Origin: Heptranchias perlo
Lineage: Eukaryota
Assembly (NCBI RefSeq): GCF_035084215.1
Contig: NC_090350.1
Location: 26,722,001-26,786,000 of the forward strand
DNA length: 64,000 nucleotides
Reading direction: 5' to 3'
Shown here: in pieces, positions 49,324-63,392 of the stretch
Layout: the number at the start of each line of letters is the position of its first letter
Numbering within the stretch: position 1 is the stretch's first letter
Translations under genes and position numbers: made by a program
The notes under the pieces: generated by a model
Database searches by the model: none
What the model was told of the DNA's origin: nothing
Seen by the model: only the letters and a program-made list of their open reading frames with translations

Positions 49324-50474
49324 TTCTCTCCTTACAAGTGTTTCTCTATTGTTTGCAGCCAGAATGCATCTCCCTTTTAAGAGGTGCTGGCTGCCTTTAA
49401 GTGGCATCAGAGACACCCGATTTCCAGCCCCCTCCACCCCCTCCCCCAAAATAGGCGTGCAGCAAATGAGTAGTGCGGGTAGTGCTGGCTGCATACCTGA
49501 CTCATGATACTGAGCACACAGAATGAATATTACGTCCTGCCCGGGACAACACTAACAGGTGCGTGCTCCGCCCCCTGCCCACCTGTTTTTGGGCGCAATC
49601 AAATTTCTCGGCCGATGGGCCGAGTGACCTTTGTCTGTAATGCAAACCTTTGCGGTTCTACGTTCCACTTCCTCCCATCTCAGAATTACTGTTAGCATGT
49701 GATGTGAATGAAAAACAGAGTGTATTACGTTCTGAAATTTGTGATAGAAATGTATCCATAAGCAGTTAACTCCTTCTGCTTCTCAGCACTGACACGTTCT
49801 AGCTACACTCTCTGCAAAGTAATCTGTAGTTCAAATAGTACTGTCAAAAGTAAAATTATTCCAAGAACCTAGATGAGCACACGGAAGCTCTAGCCACCGG
49901 AAAGTTCTGGAAGACCAATCAATCTGTTCTGAAACCCATGGTTTTATGGATGTATATGCCATATGTCAAAGCACACAAATATAGTTTAGTGTACAAATCA
50001 TTGAGAAAAGAAGGATTTAAACACATCATAGTGTTTCATTCAAAGCAGTTGCACCATAAAATGTAATGGTGGGTATTGAAGTTAATTAACTATAATTAAT
50101 CTTCTCTCTCTCCCCCCATAAGGTTGTGTTTTGTTATACAACAGCGCTAACCCTTGATGTAATTGCCCCTCCAAGTAGCGGAGCACTGGTTTTCCTTTCC
50201 TTTCCACCAGGGTTTACACTAGTGCAATTGCTCAAAAAGGAAACAAGCTATAATATGCTAATTTCGTCAGTGAACCGTGTCGGTGAAGGATAGTTGAGAG
50301 AGTCTTTTCAATCTTTCCATATTACTTTTATAACTGCACTTCCTTACTTTGATCAATTTTCTATTTCAGAATGAACATGAGCAGAAAGTGGGTGGCGTAT
50401 TCTTACCTCACATCTCGGGTCTGGGTTCAAACCCAGTCCAGGCAGTTGGGATGAAATCATCAACAAACATAATG

Positions 50475-51210
50475 GGTCATATTTTGCTGTGAAAATAACG
50501 GTGAGGCAAACAGCGCTCACTGTTATTCATGTGCTAATCAGACAGCAACTTCCGGTGACCACACATGCACAGTTAAACACGAAAATTCAAATTTGCTGTC
50601 CAAGATGTGCTGCCCTTCTGCAAGCTGCACGAAAACAGCATCTCGCCATGTGGCTCCCCATTCAAATGTATTGAACAGTGTGAAATTCCTGTACTGACAT
50701 CGTAGATACAGACTAATCTCACCACAAAAAATTAGGGCTTGTCCATTCCAGTCTAACGACCCTTTTAACAGCATGGTAAGTCTTAATTACTGCCAAACAA
50801 CTTCTCTGGAACTGAAAATTAACTTTTACAAGTGTGGAGTCTCAATCCTTCAGCTTTTAATTAATTAAAAAAATTAATTTAAATTTAAAAAATGTTTTTT
50901 TTACTTCTTCTTTCTGTCTCTTTTATCTCTTAATTCAGTCTTTCACTCTCTTTATTTTGCTTTCTGTACCTGATTTGACATTGAATTCACTATATTAACT
51001 TACACTTCCTGGTTCAGATTCTGCGCTGCTCATTAACGATTCTTCAGTCAGATTGGTTACTGAGACGCACAGTTGCTTGCCCTGTTCACACAGGTCCCAG
51101 ATGCCCTGTTGGATCTCTAACTTACAAGTAACTTGCCGTGCGAAACCCATGTGCAAGTCTAATGAACAGCTGGTGCCATTTGTTCACTGCTCACACCAAA
51201 ATCCAGCGCT
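50475..51210 (+). mobile_element. ~750-bp MITE family copy 1
   Basis: tttgctgt.aaaataacggtgaggc... colinear with 62604-63392. Confidence 0.75.
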
Positions 51211-51469
51211 TTGACACGTGGAATTAACAGAAAGATAAGTAGCTGATCGAACACTAGCTAAGGAATAGAAAACAGAAGATGATGATAAATGCACCAGGCT
51301 CTGTCTGGGATATTCACTGTGGGATTCCACAGTGGTGTGTTCTGCATCCTCTGGTATTCTATTCATAAACAACATAGAGTACTTCATGCAATATTACAAA
51401 CATTTCTGATGACTTTGCAGCCAGGAACCCAGTACAGGGATGATTGGAAGACTTCTAAGAGATCTGAAC

Positions 51470-51780
51470 AGATGTGGAAAAAATGTAAAGTAATGCACTT
51501 TGGTGTATGGAACATGAAATTTGCAAAATGGATGGACGTCCATTGCCAAAGGTCAAAAATGAAAAAGATTTTGGCTGCAATTATTATTCACTAAAAGTAT
51601 TAATTGACTGCAAGGTCCAATGAAGTTATGGGGTGTATCTCAAGTTCATTTGATTACAATTCGAAACAGTTATTTCAATCCTTTTTAAATGATTAATAGG
51701 GCCACATTTGGAATACTATGTGCACCATGATCACTGTATCTTCAAAAGGACATTATACAACTTTGAATAATATTCAGCCT
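51470..51780 (+). mobile_element. Very old CR1 RT fragment
   Basis: KCKVMHFG and RPHLEYYV-like remnants. Confidence 0.55.
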
Positions 51781-54700
51781 TTGTCTCTTTGCAGTAATGT
51801 GTTGGAAAGGAAGTTCTGTTTCTCGACTGAAGCTATAAACTCTAGCTCCTCAATGGGAGCTACAGTTAAAGGGAAGCAGCTTCTATGGACACATATCTGT
51901 TGTGGTGTGATTTTAAATAGTGCAAATTGCGTATTTCAGTAACTTTGGACAAATAATAGTCCAAAACACATCATAATATCACCCCAAAATAGCCAGCTTT
52001 AAAGAACCTCTATCCAGATGAGGCAACTTAATGCAAACTTCCATAGAAGACAGCTGTGTCAGCAGCTTTCTAATTTAAAGTGCAACAAAGGGAAATTCTC
52101 ATTACTAATGTTCTAGGGCAAAGGTGTCTGAGTGTTTCATCTCATGAACTGCATAGAGGCATACTATGAAGTTTTGGAGGGAGTATAAAATTTAAATCCA
52201 TATTTCAATCAATTTGCATATATTTCAAGTTGGTGATAGTAATAGATCTTGATGTTCAGATTTAGGAGTTAGCAGTGCTGAGGATAGCCCTTTCCAGACC
52301 TCCAGGCTCACAAAATTCAAACCAGACAAACCAGCAAATGGGAATTCTAAACACAAATATTGACTGAGTTGCCTGGACATTGAGAGCCAGATTGCCAGAG
52401 CTTGAGGTTCATAGACTTCACTTTGGACTGAAGTGGTTCTAGGGTGCCACATTGATGTTAGTGTATTTGGGGAGTTCTTTACTTGAGTGCAAAAGATCCA
52501 AACGGCTTCGATAATATAGGCATGAGTAAATTGTGATGGTCTTTTGCACCAGTTAAATAATCTCTGTAATAAGTGTTGGTAATTGTGTAGGTTATTATAT
52601 AGTGTGATATATTACTTTTCTCTCTTGTTCCTACCAAGCTCCAAATGTACTGTCCAATAGAATCTTCCTCCTCCTTCCATTTTCAGTGTTGAAATCAAAA
52701 TATTGCACTATCCCCTATTCTAACTCATTCTTTACTACTATTTCAAAACTATGGAGCTCCTTACCTCCCTTATTTTTCCATTTCTCTTACAATCCACAGG
52801 ATTGGTATCATTTGATTACGTCTTGATTTAATTCATTGTCTCTTTTCATCCTTGATACTTTCCTGCACTATGGACTTTGGCCCTTCAAATAGATTTCAGT
52901 TTAAAAAGAGTGGCTTATTAGTTGTTAGTTGTGTTCTGCACTGATACACGGAGTTATGGTATGTAAAAAAAATGATAAAAGAGTTAACAGAGATGTAACT
53001 TATGGACAGTATGGTTAGTACAAGCTTCAGATCCACTGCCTTCCAAATCACAGGGCTGCTTGTCCAAAGCTGACATACAGTACACTCTGGGTAAAAGGTA
53101 GCAATTCATTCACACCTGGCTCTGTACAGCTCATGTATGACTCATTGGCCATATATACACAAAGCTGATGTGTTTAGATAAAGATGTCAGGTTGCATTAC
53201 GGTATTTTTATTTTCCAATATATTCCCTGAATTTTCTTGCTGTCAATGGAAAATCTTTTAATCAAACACATCAATGTTCAGCATTATTCACCTTTTACTG
53301 TGCATTATATAAGTATTTATTGAGAATGATGATGTATGACAAATTTAAAATATTGTCAAATTATTATGAAAATTCTCAGATATGTGTGAGGACTAGCAAA
53401 CATCGTAGTGCTTCTTCAGAAAAATCTCTTTTCTGATAAAGTTTGAGAAGTTGGATAAAGAGTTTTTGAGCAACACAACACTGTAAGAGAACAGGTTGAG
53501 CGTAGATCATCAGACAGCAGTCACGAAAACAAGGTCAGTTTTTACATTGGTCTTGAAGATTATAAGCCTAGAAGTTACTGTTGCCAATATTATCATACAA
53601 ATCTTTAATGCTTCCATGACATCCCTTTGTTCCCTATTTTAAAGCAGCTATTAATCTATACCTTCAGTAAAAAGCAGATGAAGGGATCTGATAGGATCGC
53701 CAACCATCATTTCTAGGCTACTACCAAAGGAGTACATCAAATGATTTCCAGAGAATATTGAAGTTTCAGTAAACAATTGAACCATCCAGTGATTATTTAA
53801 TAAGGAGCATCAATTCTTCCAACAAAAATGTAGAAAACTTTGTTGCTAGTAACAGTGGGAAAATAAGCTCGTTAAACAGTTAACATTCTTGGTCACATTT
53901 CAAGAGCTCATTTCAGCTAACTGCACGAGGTTAATTGATGTTGTTGTATAATCATTTAAATGCCTGAGAGAGTAAATTACTGTCTGAGAGATTGGTCTGT
54001 TACTGCCAAGGACCCTCATCCCAAATTCCACTATTACAACACATTAAATCAATCAAGTTCCATAATTTATTACTCCAGTTGTTTTAACAAATCTGGCTGT
54101 TAATCTTGAACATTTTGCAACGACTGTCTGGTTACCCCGGCACTGAAACAAACCTTCTTACACGTTGTACTATGCTTTGGCACCAGAGGCCGTCTCTTAT
54201 GTTATTGAACGTTGTGAGAAGGAAATACGAGATGTCATTCTTGTCTGTGTGTCTTTCCACCCTTTAAGCCAATCTTTTCAGTGCTGCTTATGGTCTAAAA
54301 TACGAGAATGTGCGACTGGGGTTCATTTAACAGTAATCTCTAAAACATGTCAGGATCATCAGCACTACTTTCCTGTGTACATTGGCAGCAACAGGAGCTG
54401 CGATTTAATATTCAGACTTGCTGCATAGTGGTCATGGTCAGTCAGGGTAGGGTTACAACTGAGGAAGCAAGGGCTAGAAACTTTTGTTTTTAGAAAATGT
54501 TGCCTCTGGGAAAACCTATTTTCACCCAAAAGCAATAAAAATCACAAAGGAAAAACACCAGAATACTAACCCAAACAGATGCAAAACCAATCATTTTTTT
54601 TTGCGGCTCTATTTTCCCAAGCACAAAGGTATATTTAAAAGGATATTATTGATGGGGATGTGAGTTTTCCAAAACAGGAATCCTGGCAGATAAAGGCCAA

Positions 54701-56399
54701 TTGCAGGGAATACTGACACTTGCAGATAACTGCAATATCCAACTAATGACCCCATAAGAAAACAATGAACAAGAAATGGACATTTGGCTCATCAAGTTTG
54801 TTCCTTCCACAGGTAATGTACAACCTGCTCTATTATGAGCTCTATGCTACCTATTTTGTCTCATGGAGAAGGGTTCTGCACAGCTTTCCCTGTGCCCCAA
54901 AGATAAATAGAGGAAAACTCCATTATATGCATCTTACCAGCCATCCTACATTACTCACTCCTTACCTGCTTTTTCCCATGGTGTGGCATTTCCGTGATCT
55001 CAGTGGCTGTCTGTGCGGATGGTGTTCTACACAGTAGCTACATCTATCTTTAGAAAAGTCAATCCCTTCATTGACAGAGCATTAATTGTCTTTGCTGGGA
55101 ATCTATTCCACATATCCATTACTAAGAGAATAAAATCTGTCTAATAGCATGCGGCAAAGGTAGCTTGTTTTAAAGCTGTGCTTCCATAAAGCAGCAATTT
55201 TTTCATCTCAGTATATAAAAGCGAATGAGACTCCATAAAGGCACATCAGTGTATTTGCAAGGCATGTCACAGATTAACCAAAAACCACATCAGGGCATGT
55301 TATCAAATTGGACACTCCAGGCGAGGGCCAGCTCGCTAAAAGTACAATTCTCCATCCATCCACATTAACTTGTTGAAATACTTTTTTCCTCACAGTAGAT
55401 TTAAATTCAAGAAAAAGATTACAAAAAAGCCCCCAAAGATATCAGCTTTCTCCATGACATTTACATTGACAAGATTAGTAATCCATAGTGGAGACTTTCT
55501 TAGTTTTACATTGGCCAGTTGGTTAGTATAAACGCTGCTTGGTTTGCATTCAAAATATATCAAAGAAGCAAGTTGCTCCTGCCCACATAAGTGTTTCAAT
55601 TAAACAAGTTCTGAAGAGTACTATGGAATCTCCTGGAATGTGGCAGTTCTGGGCTGAGGGAAAAGATCTGACAGAAAAGTACCCTCAAGAATAATTGATT
55701 TCAGTATTCTTTTACCAAGAACTGGCAACATAGCACAGGAATAGCAATGTTCTTATCAGTAACTGCCACCTGATCCTGCCAAAGGTTTCAGACACTTTTC
55801 ATTGAAAAATATTTCCTTTTCCAAGAACAGAATAAACACTGGGCAAAAATGTTTTGTACAGTCAGGATAAATACTGTATGTGTTCATGTATCAGAAGCTC
55901 ACAGCTGAAGGACGTCTGGTAACATTTATTTTGTTACAGACTGTAAAATGCACTTAGTTCTCAGATACAATGTTTAAAGAAAGTTTCAATAAAAGGAAAT
56001 GTATAGTAAATATTGAGGAGTTGTGCTCAATATGTTTCTCTAAGCTCACGTGGTGAGCACATGAATTGGCTTTGAGAAAAAGACTGGGGGGGGGGGGGGG
56101 CGTGGGGAGAGAATGGCTCGGGTGGATCTGTGAGGTGATCTCATAAATGGGTTCAAAAAGAATGTGTTTACAATGTCACTACATCTAACAACCAACACTT
56201 TTTTCTCCATAATATCTACTTAATATTGGAGATGGATTTCAATCCAAATAGACTCTTCATTATCCCCAATTAATTACCCTCCAAACACCTAAACTGAGGA
56301 CACTGCTGAAGTGAGATGCACCTGGCTCGGAACAGATCACATTACTTTGTGTTTTGAAAAGTTTTCGGTGGTTGTAGGATGTGGCAGTTGTGCACTTGT

Positions 56400-57188
56400 T
56401 GAGGCTTCAGCCATTCAAAAAGTGAAGGGCTTTAACATGTATATTTGTTCTGAGTGGTGAACGAACGCGGCCGCTGCTCATTAGATTTAAACTTGCACAC
56501 AAACAATCCACGAGCTTTATTGCAGGAACTTCCTCTAATGGTGAGCTGCAAAAAGTGCAGCGTCCTCTCCCGGGCATCTGTGAACGGGCAAAGGAGCTCT
56601 CTGTCCCCTCAATCAATCAGATTGAAACATCCTTGACAAGCCACACAGTCAGAAACAGGAAATGAAAGCTACGACAGTCAATTCAATATAAAATCAGTTA
56701 GAGGAAGTAAAATAAAGAGAGGGTAAGAAATATTGAATTAAAAGACAAATAAAAGAGACAGAAATAAAAAGTAAAAAATAAAAAATACAATTTTAAAAAA
56801 AAATCTCCAACAACAATTGAAATCGGAAGGGATGACACTCCACATTTTTAAAAGTTGATTTTCAGTGCCAGAGAGGTTGTTTGGCAGTTATTAAGACATG
56901 CCATGCTGTTAAAAGTTAATTTAGACCTAAAAAAAAAGCCCAATGTACCTTTTTTTGTGTAGATTAGTTTGTTTCCAGCTGGGCAGTGCAGCAACTTCGC
57001 GCTGGTCCATTCACTTATGGGTGAGCTGTCCTTCCCGTGTAGCTTTCAAACAAGCAGGGAATCTCGTAGAATAATGTCCGGATTTGCACATTTGACTGTG
57101 CATGCTCACTCACCGGAAGTTGCTCTTCTAATTGCCCTTAAACAACAGTGTTCAGCTCTCCATTGTTTTTGGAGCAAATTCTGAGCCG
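56400..57188 (-). mobile_element. ~750-bp MITE family copy 2 (inverted)
   Basis: Reverse homology to the 50475 and 62604 copies (ttttcagtgccagagaggttgtttggcagt); end gcaaattctgagcc. Confidence 0.7.
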
Positions 57189-57200
57189 TTGATGAATTAG

Positions 57201-57320
57201 TGGGGTAATTCTGCAATCCTGCGATTCCAGTGGGAGAGCCATTACACAGGCAGAGCTACTACACATTTGCCCACACACACTGAAAGCATGGCTCCCTGCT
57301 GGGAACACAGAATTACCCCT
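57201..57320. mobile_element. Short MITE
   Basis: 12-bp TIR GGGGTAATTCTG / CAGAATTACCCC. Confidence 0.6.
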
Positions 57321-57574
57321 GTTACATTTATTAGGTAGTTTAGTTGGGGGCTGAGGGAGAATTGTGGCCTCCTGGAAGTGTAACACTGTTGGGTCGATAT
57401 TGGCTGGGATCTTCATTTAATTCTGATGGCATAATGGTGCTTGTAACTCTTGATGGGGTTGAAATTCCAAAGTCCCTGTTCCACTGCTTGAAGAGCATTG
57501 GAGCAGGACTCCCAGCCGCCTACACTCTCGATCCCAAATTGACAGGATTATTAGCATGTTTGCTTTTGACACCT

Positions 57575-58610
57575 CCAAACTCAACTATTTCAATGTTCCT
57601 CTGGTCAACCTCCCATCCTCCACCTTCTGTAAACTTCAGCTCATCCAAAATTCTGCTGCCTGCATCCTATGTCACACCAAGTCCTGCTCATCAATTAGCC
57701 CATCCTTGCTGACCACAATGACTCTGATTTAAAATTCTCATTCTTGTGTTTAAGTACCTCCAAGGCCTCACCCCTCCTTATCTTTGTAACCTCCATCAGC
57801 CCTACAATCCTCACCCCCACCAAAAAAACACTCCATTCTTCTGGGACCCGCCTTTTCTGCATCTCCCCATCCCACCATTAGTGGCCTTATTTTCAGCTGC
57901 CAAAGCCCCACACTCTGGAATTACTTCTCTAAACCCCTCCGCCTCGCTGCCTTCCTCTCCTCCGTAAAACCTACCTCTTCGACCCAGCTTTTGGTCACAC
58001 CTTCTAATCTTTCCTTGGTATCCATTTTTCCTTTCACCATTGTGGAGCATCTTGGGGCGTTATTCTATGGACTATTCCAATGATTTCCTGGCCGGCCTCT
58101 CACCTTGCACCCTTCATAAACTTGACCTCATCCAAAACTCTGCTGCCTTTATCCTAACTTGCACCAAGTCCCGTTCACCCCTGTGCTCACTGACCTACAT
58201 TGGCTCCCAGTCCGGCAATGCCACGGTTTGAAAATCCCTCCATGGCCTCACCCCTAACCTCCTCCAGCCCTACAACCCTTCAAGAGCTCTGTGCTCCTCT
58301 AATTCTGGCCTCTTGCACATCCCCAATTTTAATCACTCCACCATTGGCAGCCATGCCTTCAGCTGACTAGGCCCTGAGCTCTGGAATTCCCTCCCTAAAC
58401 CTCTCCATCTCTCTCTCCTCCTTTAAAATGCTCCTTAAAACCTTCCCCTTTGACCAAGCTTTTGGTCACCAGTCCTCATATCACCTTATGTGGTTCAGTG
58501 TCAAATTTAGTTTGATAATGTTCCTGTGAAGCGCCTTGGGACATTTTACTACATTAAAGATGCTATTTAAATGCAAGATGTTGTTGTTAAAGATGCTATA
58601 TAAATGCGGG

Positions 58611-58641
<31 letters not shown>

Positions 58642-58642
58642 C
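57575..58642 (+). mobile_element. Two tandem L2-clade 3' fragments ending in (GTT)n
   Basis: Both 57575-58062 and 58068-58642 match the 3' part of 10915-11918; duplicated terminal motif; GTT microsatellite at 58610-58641. Confidence 0.85.
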
Positions 58643-58899
58643 GTCTTCTTCTGGTCCCTGACCTGGTCCAAAGGCCTCAGCTGTTGGCTGTGTGTGTTCT
58701 CATCAATACTTACACAGGTGATGTCATATACATGGCGTTTTTATTGGAAGCAGTTTGCACAATTCCAGATGTTACTGAAACACCCCAAATAGCTGAAGCA
58801 TGAGACATAGACACAAAACATATTGAATGCTGTATACATTCAGAAATAAGGTTTTACAGTACAGCTTTTTTATAATGTCATCTATGCATGTTGGTTTTA

Positions 58900-59250
58900 C
58901 TTTGAAGTTTTCACCCTTTCTCTGTGACCTTTCCATAGTCTCCAGCAATTGTCAAGTACCTCACCCAAATGCCCACTCTTCATGTCTGAGTCTAGATAGA
59001 AACCATTACCAGACTAATTAACTAAGGAAGTTAATGCAGCTGAGGTTAATCCTGTCTTTACCCAACATCTTTCTATACTTTCCTATACTTTCTAGCATGG
59101 ATCATTTAACAGCAACTGTGAGTGGGAATTCTGCCTGATTTTTCCCCTCCCCACCCAGTGATCAGGAACACTACTGTTCTCTGCATAAGTTAGTGGTCAT
59201 AAGACCAGTTCTAATGTGTTGTCCCAAGATCAGCAAACTCAAACCTTCCT
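58900..59250 (-). mobile_element. Ancient SINE-like repeat copy
   Basis: gtacctcacccaaatgcccactcttcatgtctgagtctaga is the reverse of the 32310-32350 block. Confidence 0.55.
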
Positions 59251-59399
59251 GTTCTCTATTATCTGTGTGTTACGTGTTTCAAATGATGTGGCCCTAGCTC
59301 TAAAAATGGATAGTGAGTCATCAGAGACAGATAAGTTTATAAAATAAATAATAATAAATTAGAGGACACGGATGAAAGGAGAGAGTAGGAAAGACAGAC

Positions 59400-61968
59400 A
59401 GAACAGACATACAACTGTTTATTTTGATTTAATATTTATACTTTATTATTACAACATTAAATCTAAAATCTCAGAAGCCTTGTTACTGTAATATTAAGTG
59501 ATTTTTAAGTTTCATAGTTTGTGAAGTGAAATGTTAGAAATATGACCAGCCCAAGGGTACAGAATTGACTGGAGCTGCTGTTGCTCCAGCACTGTAAGTA
59601 ATGAGGAGAATTGTATACCATATAGCATCAATGCCCACTTAATATTCTGTGTGTATCTGTTACATTGTACATGAATATTATCCAAAAAGAATTTTAAAAA
59701 TTGTTCCAACAATGCTTCTAATCATTGCTTGTAAAAATGTAATAAGGGCATCTGTCACTAGCAGATTTTTAAACTGAAGGGCTTAATTTGTAATAATACT
59801 GTACTTCATATGAGCAAAAATCAAGCATTAATCACACACTATATCACTCACCGAGAGATTTTGACATGTTATAATAATCATTATGAGAAAATATTAAAAA
59901 GACTTGTAACATACACCTCACTAAAAATATACCTCAAATCCTATTATAACTAGCACTCTTTATGAGCCTCATTTATACAGAAACTATTAGAAACACCTTT
60001 TATAGGCTGCACTTCGCTTTAACATTCACTGATATGGCATAACCTCTGACAAAACACTTACTGATATGACCAATAAAGAAACCTAAAATATCTTTGGTGT
60101 AGCTTGCCTCTCACTGTAACACATATATAGTACAGCTCTCAAAAATACTGATAGAAATGTATACTAGTTTATTTTCTCAACACTGTCAGATGTTATTCTG
60201 TAAATCAACACAGAATGATCAGTTGACTATAGAGCAGTTATATTGCACATTCTGCATTTGTGTGCAGTGGCTTCATTGTTGTAGCGATGCAAGATGTGCG
60301 TTATAACTGCAGCTTAACCGGTGACAGTCCAGTGTTTGACGTCGGGTGGGGAGATAACTTGAGGAGGCAGTCTCTCAGTCTTCACTTCACACTGGCTGCA
60401 ATATAGGCAATGAGAAGTCAGCTTTTTAAACATTCAAGCACCCAAGCAGTCTGCTGGGCAGGTGTTAAAATTTTAAAGCAATGTTGCACATGCAATCGAT
60501 GTAGTCAGCCATGCATAGAGTTGTGTTTTCATCTGATCTGAGAATTATGCAGAGCATGGCAGTGCTGCCATCTGACACAAATCTTCAAATCAGAGCAGTG
60601 CAAGTAACATTTTCAATATGAGAAATACTTCAGCAATTTGTGGAATATTCAAGCTTCGACTAATCTAATGGTAAAACCCATTCATGCTACTGATGTACAT
60701 GACTGCTTTTAAAAATATAGTTACAGATTTTACTAATCGTAATAATTCATTTCTGGAGTTTATATGGAATGTGATTGCACTGATTTGTAAAATATACATA
60801 TCAAGAACAAAAGAGAATTTATCAAAAACTTTCCTCTTCAACTTGATATAAACAATAATACCTCTCATCAGGAATTCACATCTAGCACAATTGTTGCCAG
60901 TTAAAGGACATCCTGTAAATGGAAATGTTTGCTCTGGCAAAGAATAATTCTCTATACATTCTAATGGAAACACCACTACTTAACTGGAACAGTTTAGACT
61001 CTGGTTGTTTCTTTAAAGGCCGAATTCTTTGGCAGGACTATTACAAATTAGCAGATGCTAGGAGTTGAAACAAAAAATTCATTTTAAAGTAGTTAACCAT
61101 TGCCTGAGTGCTGGTTGACTATGTTGCATCTGTTGATGAAAACCTAACACAATTGAACAGACTTTGTACATATTATTATTTACATACAATAGACACAGTT
61201 ATTTGGAGTTTAATTAATTTTTAATCATTTGATGAAACTCTGCTGTTACTGATGAGGTAATTGTGTTCAATCTCAGGTCCAACTGCACATATTACCATTG
61301 AGGATCAGGTAAGATCCTTTTGGTATTTGCTTAACAGGAACTTACAAGTAAATTGATGGTTTGCTTGCCTAGGAGCTGTTCACATCAAGAGATCTCAATT
61401 GTGTTTGGATCACCTCAGACCTTGTACATGGTGGTAAAGTGCTCCAAAGTTATTTTTGTTTTCAAAAAAAGAGTAACTTTGAAGAAAATACCACAATGCA
61501 CTATTTACTAGACTGCTGACAATTATATACTTGATTTGTAACTTGAAATCAATTACTTTCTATTCAGGTAATTCAGGTAAGGAAAAACAAACAAGTGATG
61601 AGTAAAACATGGAGCCTTAAAAGGAATTAAGTGCTTGAAAATAAATCAGATGAATTCATGTGGAAAGAGAAATTACTTTTTGTCATATCCTTTCTTCAGG
61701 AGATCCACCTGAATTAGAGAGGGAAAATATACAGTCGGAAATAAATGTTACAAATAAAAGGATCATAGCTCTAACGTTTATATTATGTACTGTTTCTTTT
61801 CATCCTATGCTAATCTCCTGGCGGTTTCAATCTGATTTTTTTTTTCTCTCCCTGTGGAGTTTCAAACTGGCTCTTCCTGAGAAATTTTCAAATCCACTCT
61901 CCTCTCAGATTTTTAAACTCACTCCCCGACACTGGAAGAGAGTTACTGGGACTGCCTGAATTTTTGCC
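59400..61968 (-). other. Probable terminal exon/3' UTR of a minus-strand gene entering from the right
   Basis: AATAAA on - at 59442-59447 and 59418-59423, followed by GU-rich gtatgtctgttctgtctgtcttt; 2.5 kb AT-rich with no recognisable TE; possible coding end KNSGSPSNSLPVSGSEFKNLRGEWI* at about 61889-61968 (weak acceptor). Confidence 0.45.
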
Positions 61969-62603
61969 TAACTAATCACTCAAATTTAAAAAGGAATTGT
62001 CAATCATATACAAACTGAACCAATCATACAATATTGTTTAAGTCTGAATTACTCCTTTCTCAAACCTGCAACCAATTAAATTTGCAACATTTTATCACGA
62101 TAAGCTTGATGCAAGGATTTGAACTACAGTCAATTTTTTTAACTGTTTGTGTATTATGGAGTGATTTAAAAAGCCAACAAACCAAAACTAGGCAGACAAA
62201 AATATTAGATTCTTCCAATCAACTCTAACAAGGATCAATGTATAAAAGAAAATATTCACTATATTTAATAAAGTGAATAAAATTAATTTCATGAAATCAA
62301 ATTCCATTTAAGATTACTGGGCTTAGGCTGGACTTTTTCTGGTATTAGTGCAATTTGTTTCAAAGTTTAGCACAAAATTATTTTCCTTTGGAAACAAAGA
62401 CCCACATTTAATTATATTAAAATGAGGTGGCATTATGTTTATTTCAACAGCTTGATTTGGTTATTATGGTATTGGGAAGCATACATACAGTGATCATTCC
62501 ACCTAAAAATGAATCAACAGTTTGGTGTTATCAAATCTCTTCTCCCAATTGCAGTGGAAGGTAACATTACAAAATGTTATAAATCTCAGCTGTGATGAGA
62601 TGG

Positions 62604-63392
62604 CAGCCAAGAATTTGCTGTCAAAATAACGGTGAGGCTAATGGCATTCACCGTTATTTATGCGCAAATCGTACAACAGCTTCAGGCAAGGACAGATGTG
62701 CAGGTTAAACGCAGATATCCAGAAGTTGCTGTCCGAAACGCCCGCTCTGTCGTTAGCTTTGTGAAAATGGCATCGTGCTGTCTGCCTCACACATGAAATG
62801 CATTGAACGGCGTGAAGTTCCTGTATTTACGTGGTAGGTACGAACTAAACTCGCCACAAAGAGTTAAGTCTTGTCATTTCAAGCGTAAGTACCCTTTTAA
62901 TGACATGATAAGTGTTAATTACTGCCAGTCTATACCTCTGGCACTGAAAATGAACTATTACATGTGTGGAATCTCATTCCTTCAGGTTTTAATTGTTGAT
63001 GGAGATTTTTTTTTAAAATTTAAATGAACTTTTTAAAAAACTTTTCCTTTCTGACTCTTATTTCTCTCTCGCTTAATCCAATCATTCTTTCCCTCTCTTT
63101 ATTTCTCTTTCTGTACCTGATTTGATATTGAATTCACCATTCTAACTTACACATAATTCTCCGTCCTTGCGCTGTTAATTTCACAATCTTTCATTCTGAT
63201 TGGTTAAGGAGATCCACGGTTGCTTGCCCTGTTCATTCAGGGCCCAGATGCCCTGTAGAGGGCACCGTGCCATTTCCATCTCACGCTTCCAGCAACGTGC
63301 GATACAAAAAATCAGCAAGATTAAACGGGCAAGGGCAAGTCTAACTAACGGCGGACACCGTTCGTTGCCCGACTATAGCAAATTCTGGGCTG
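62604..63392 (+). mobile_element. ~750-bp MITE family copy 3
   Basis: TIR CAGCCAAGAATTTGCT / AGCAAATTCTGGGCTG. Confidence 0.8.

Larger units (their letters stand above)
47050..49613. mobile_element. PIF/Harbinger DNA transposon relic (one end)
   Basis: Transposase C-terminus on + converges on a Myb/SANT gene on -; terminal GGCCGAGAAATTTG (reverse) at 49600-49613. Confidence 0.85.

Noticed and set aside
56086-56100. Poly-G run / G-quadruplex
   Set aside because: Simple homopolymer with no context supporting function.
60328-60397. Possible SECIS or pre-miRNA hairpin (ccagtgt/acactgg)
   Set aside because: Only a 7-bp outer stem pairs; the inner helix and AAR loop geometry do not fit.
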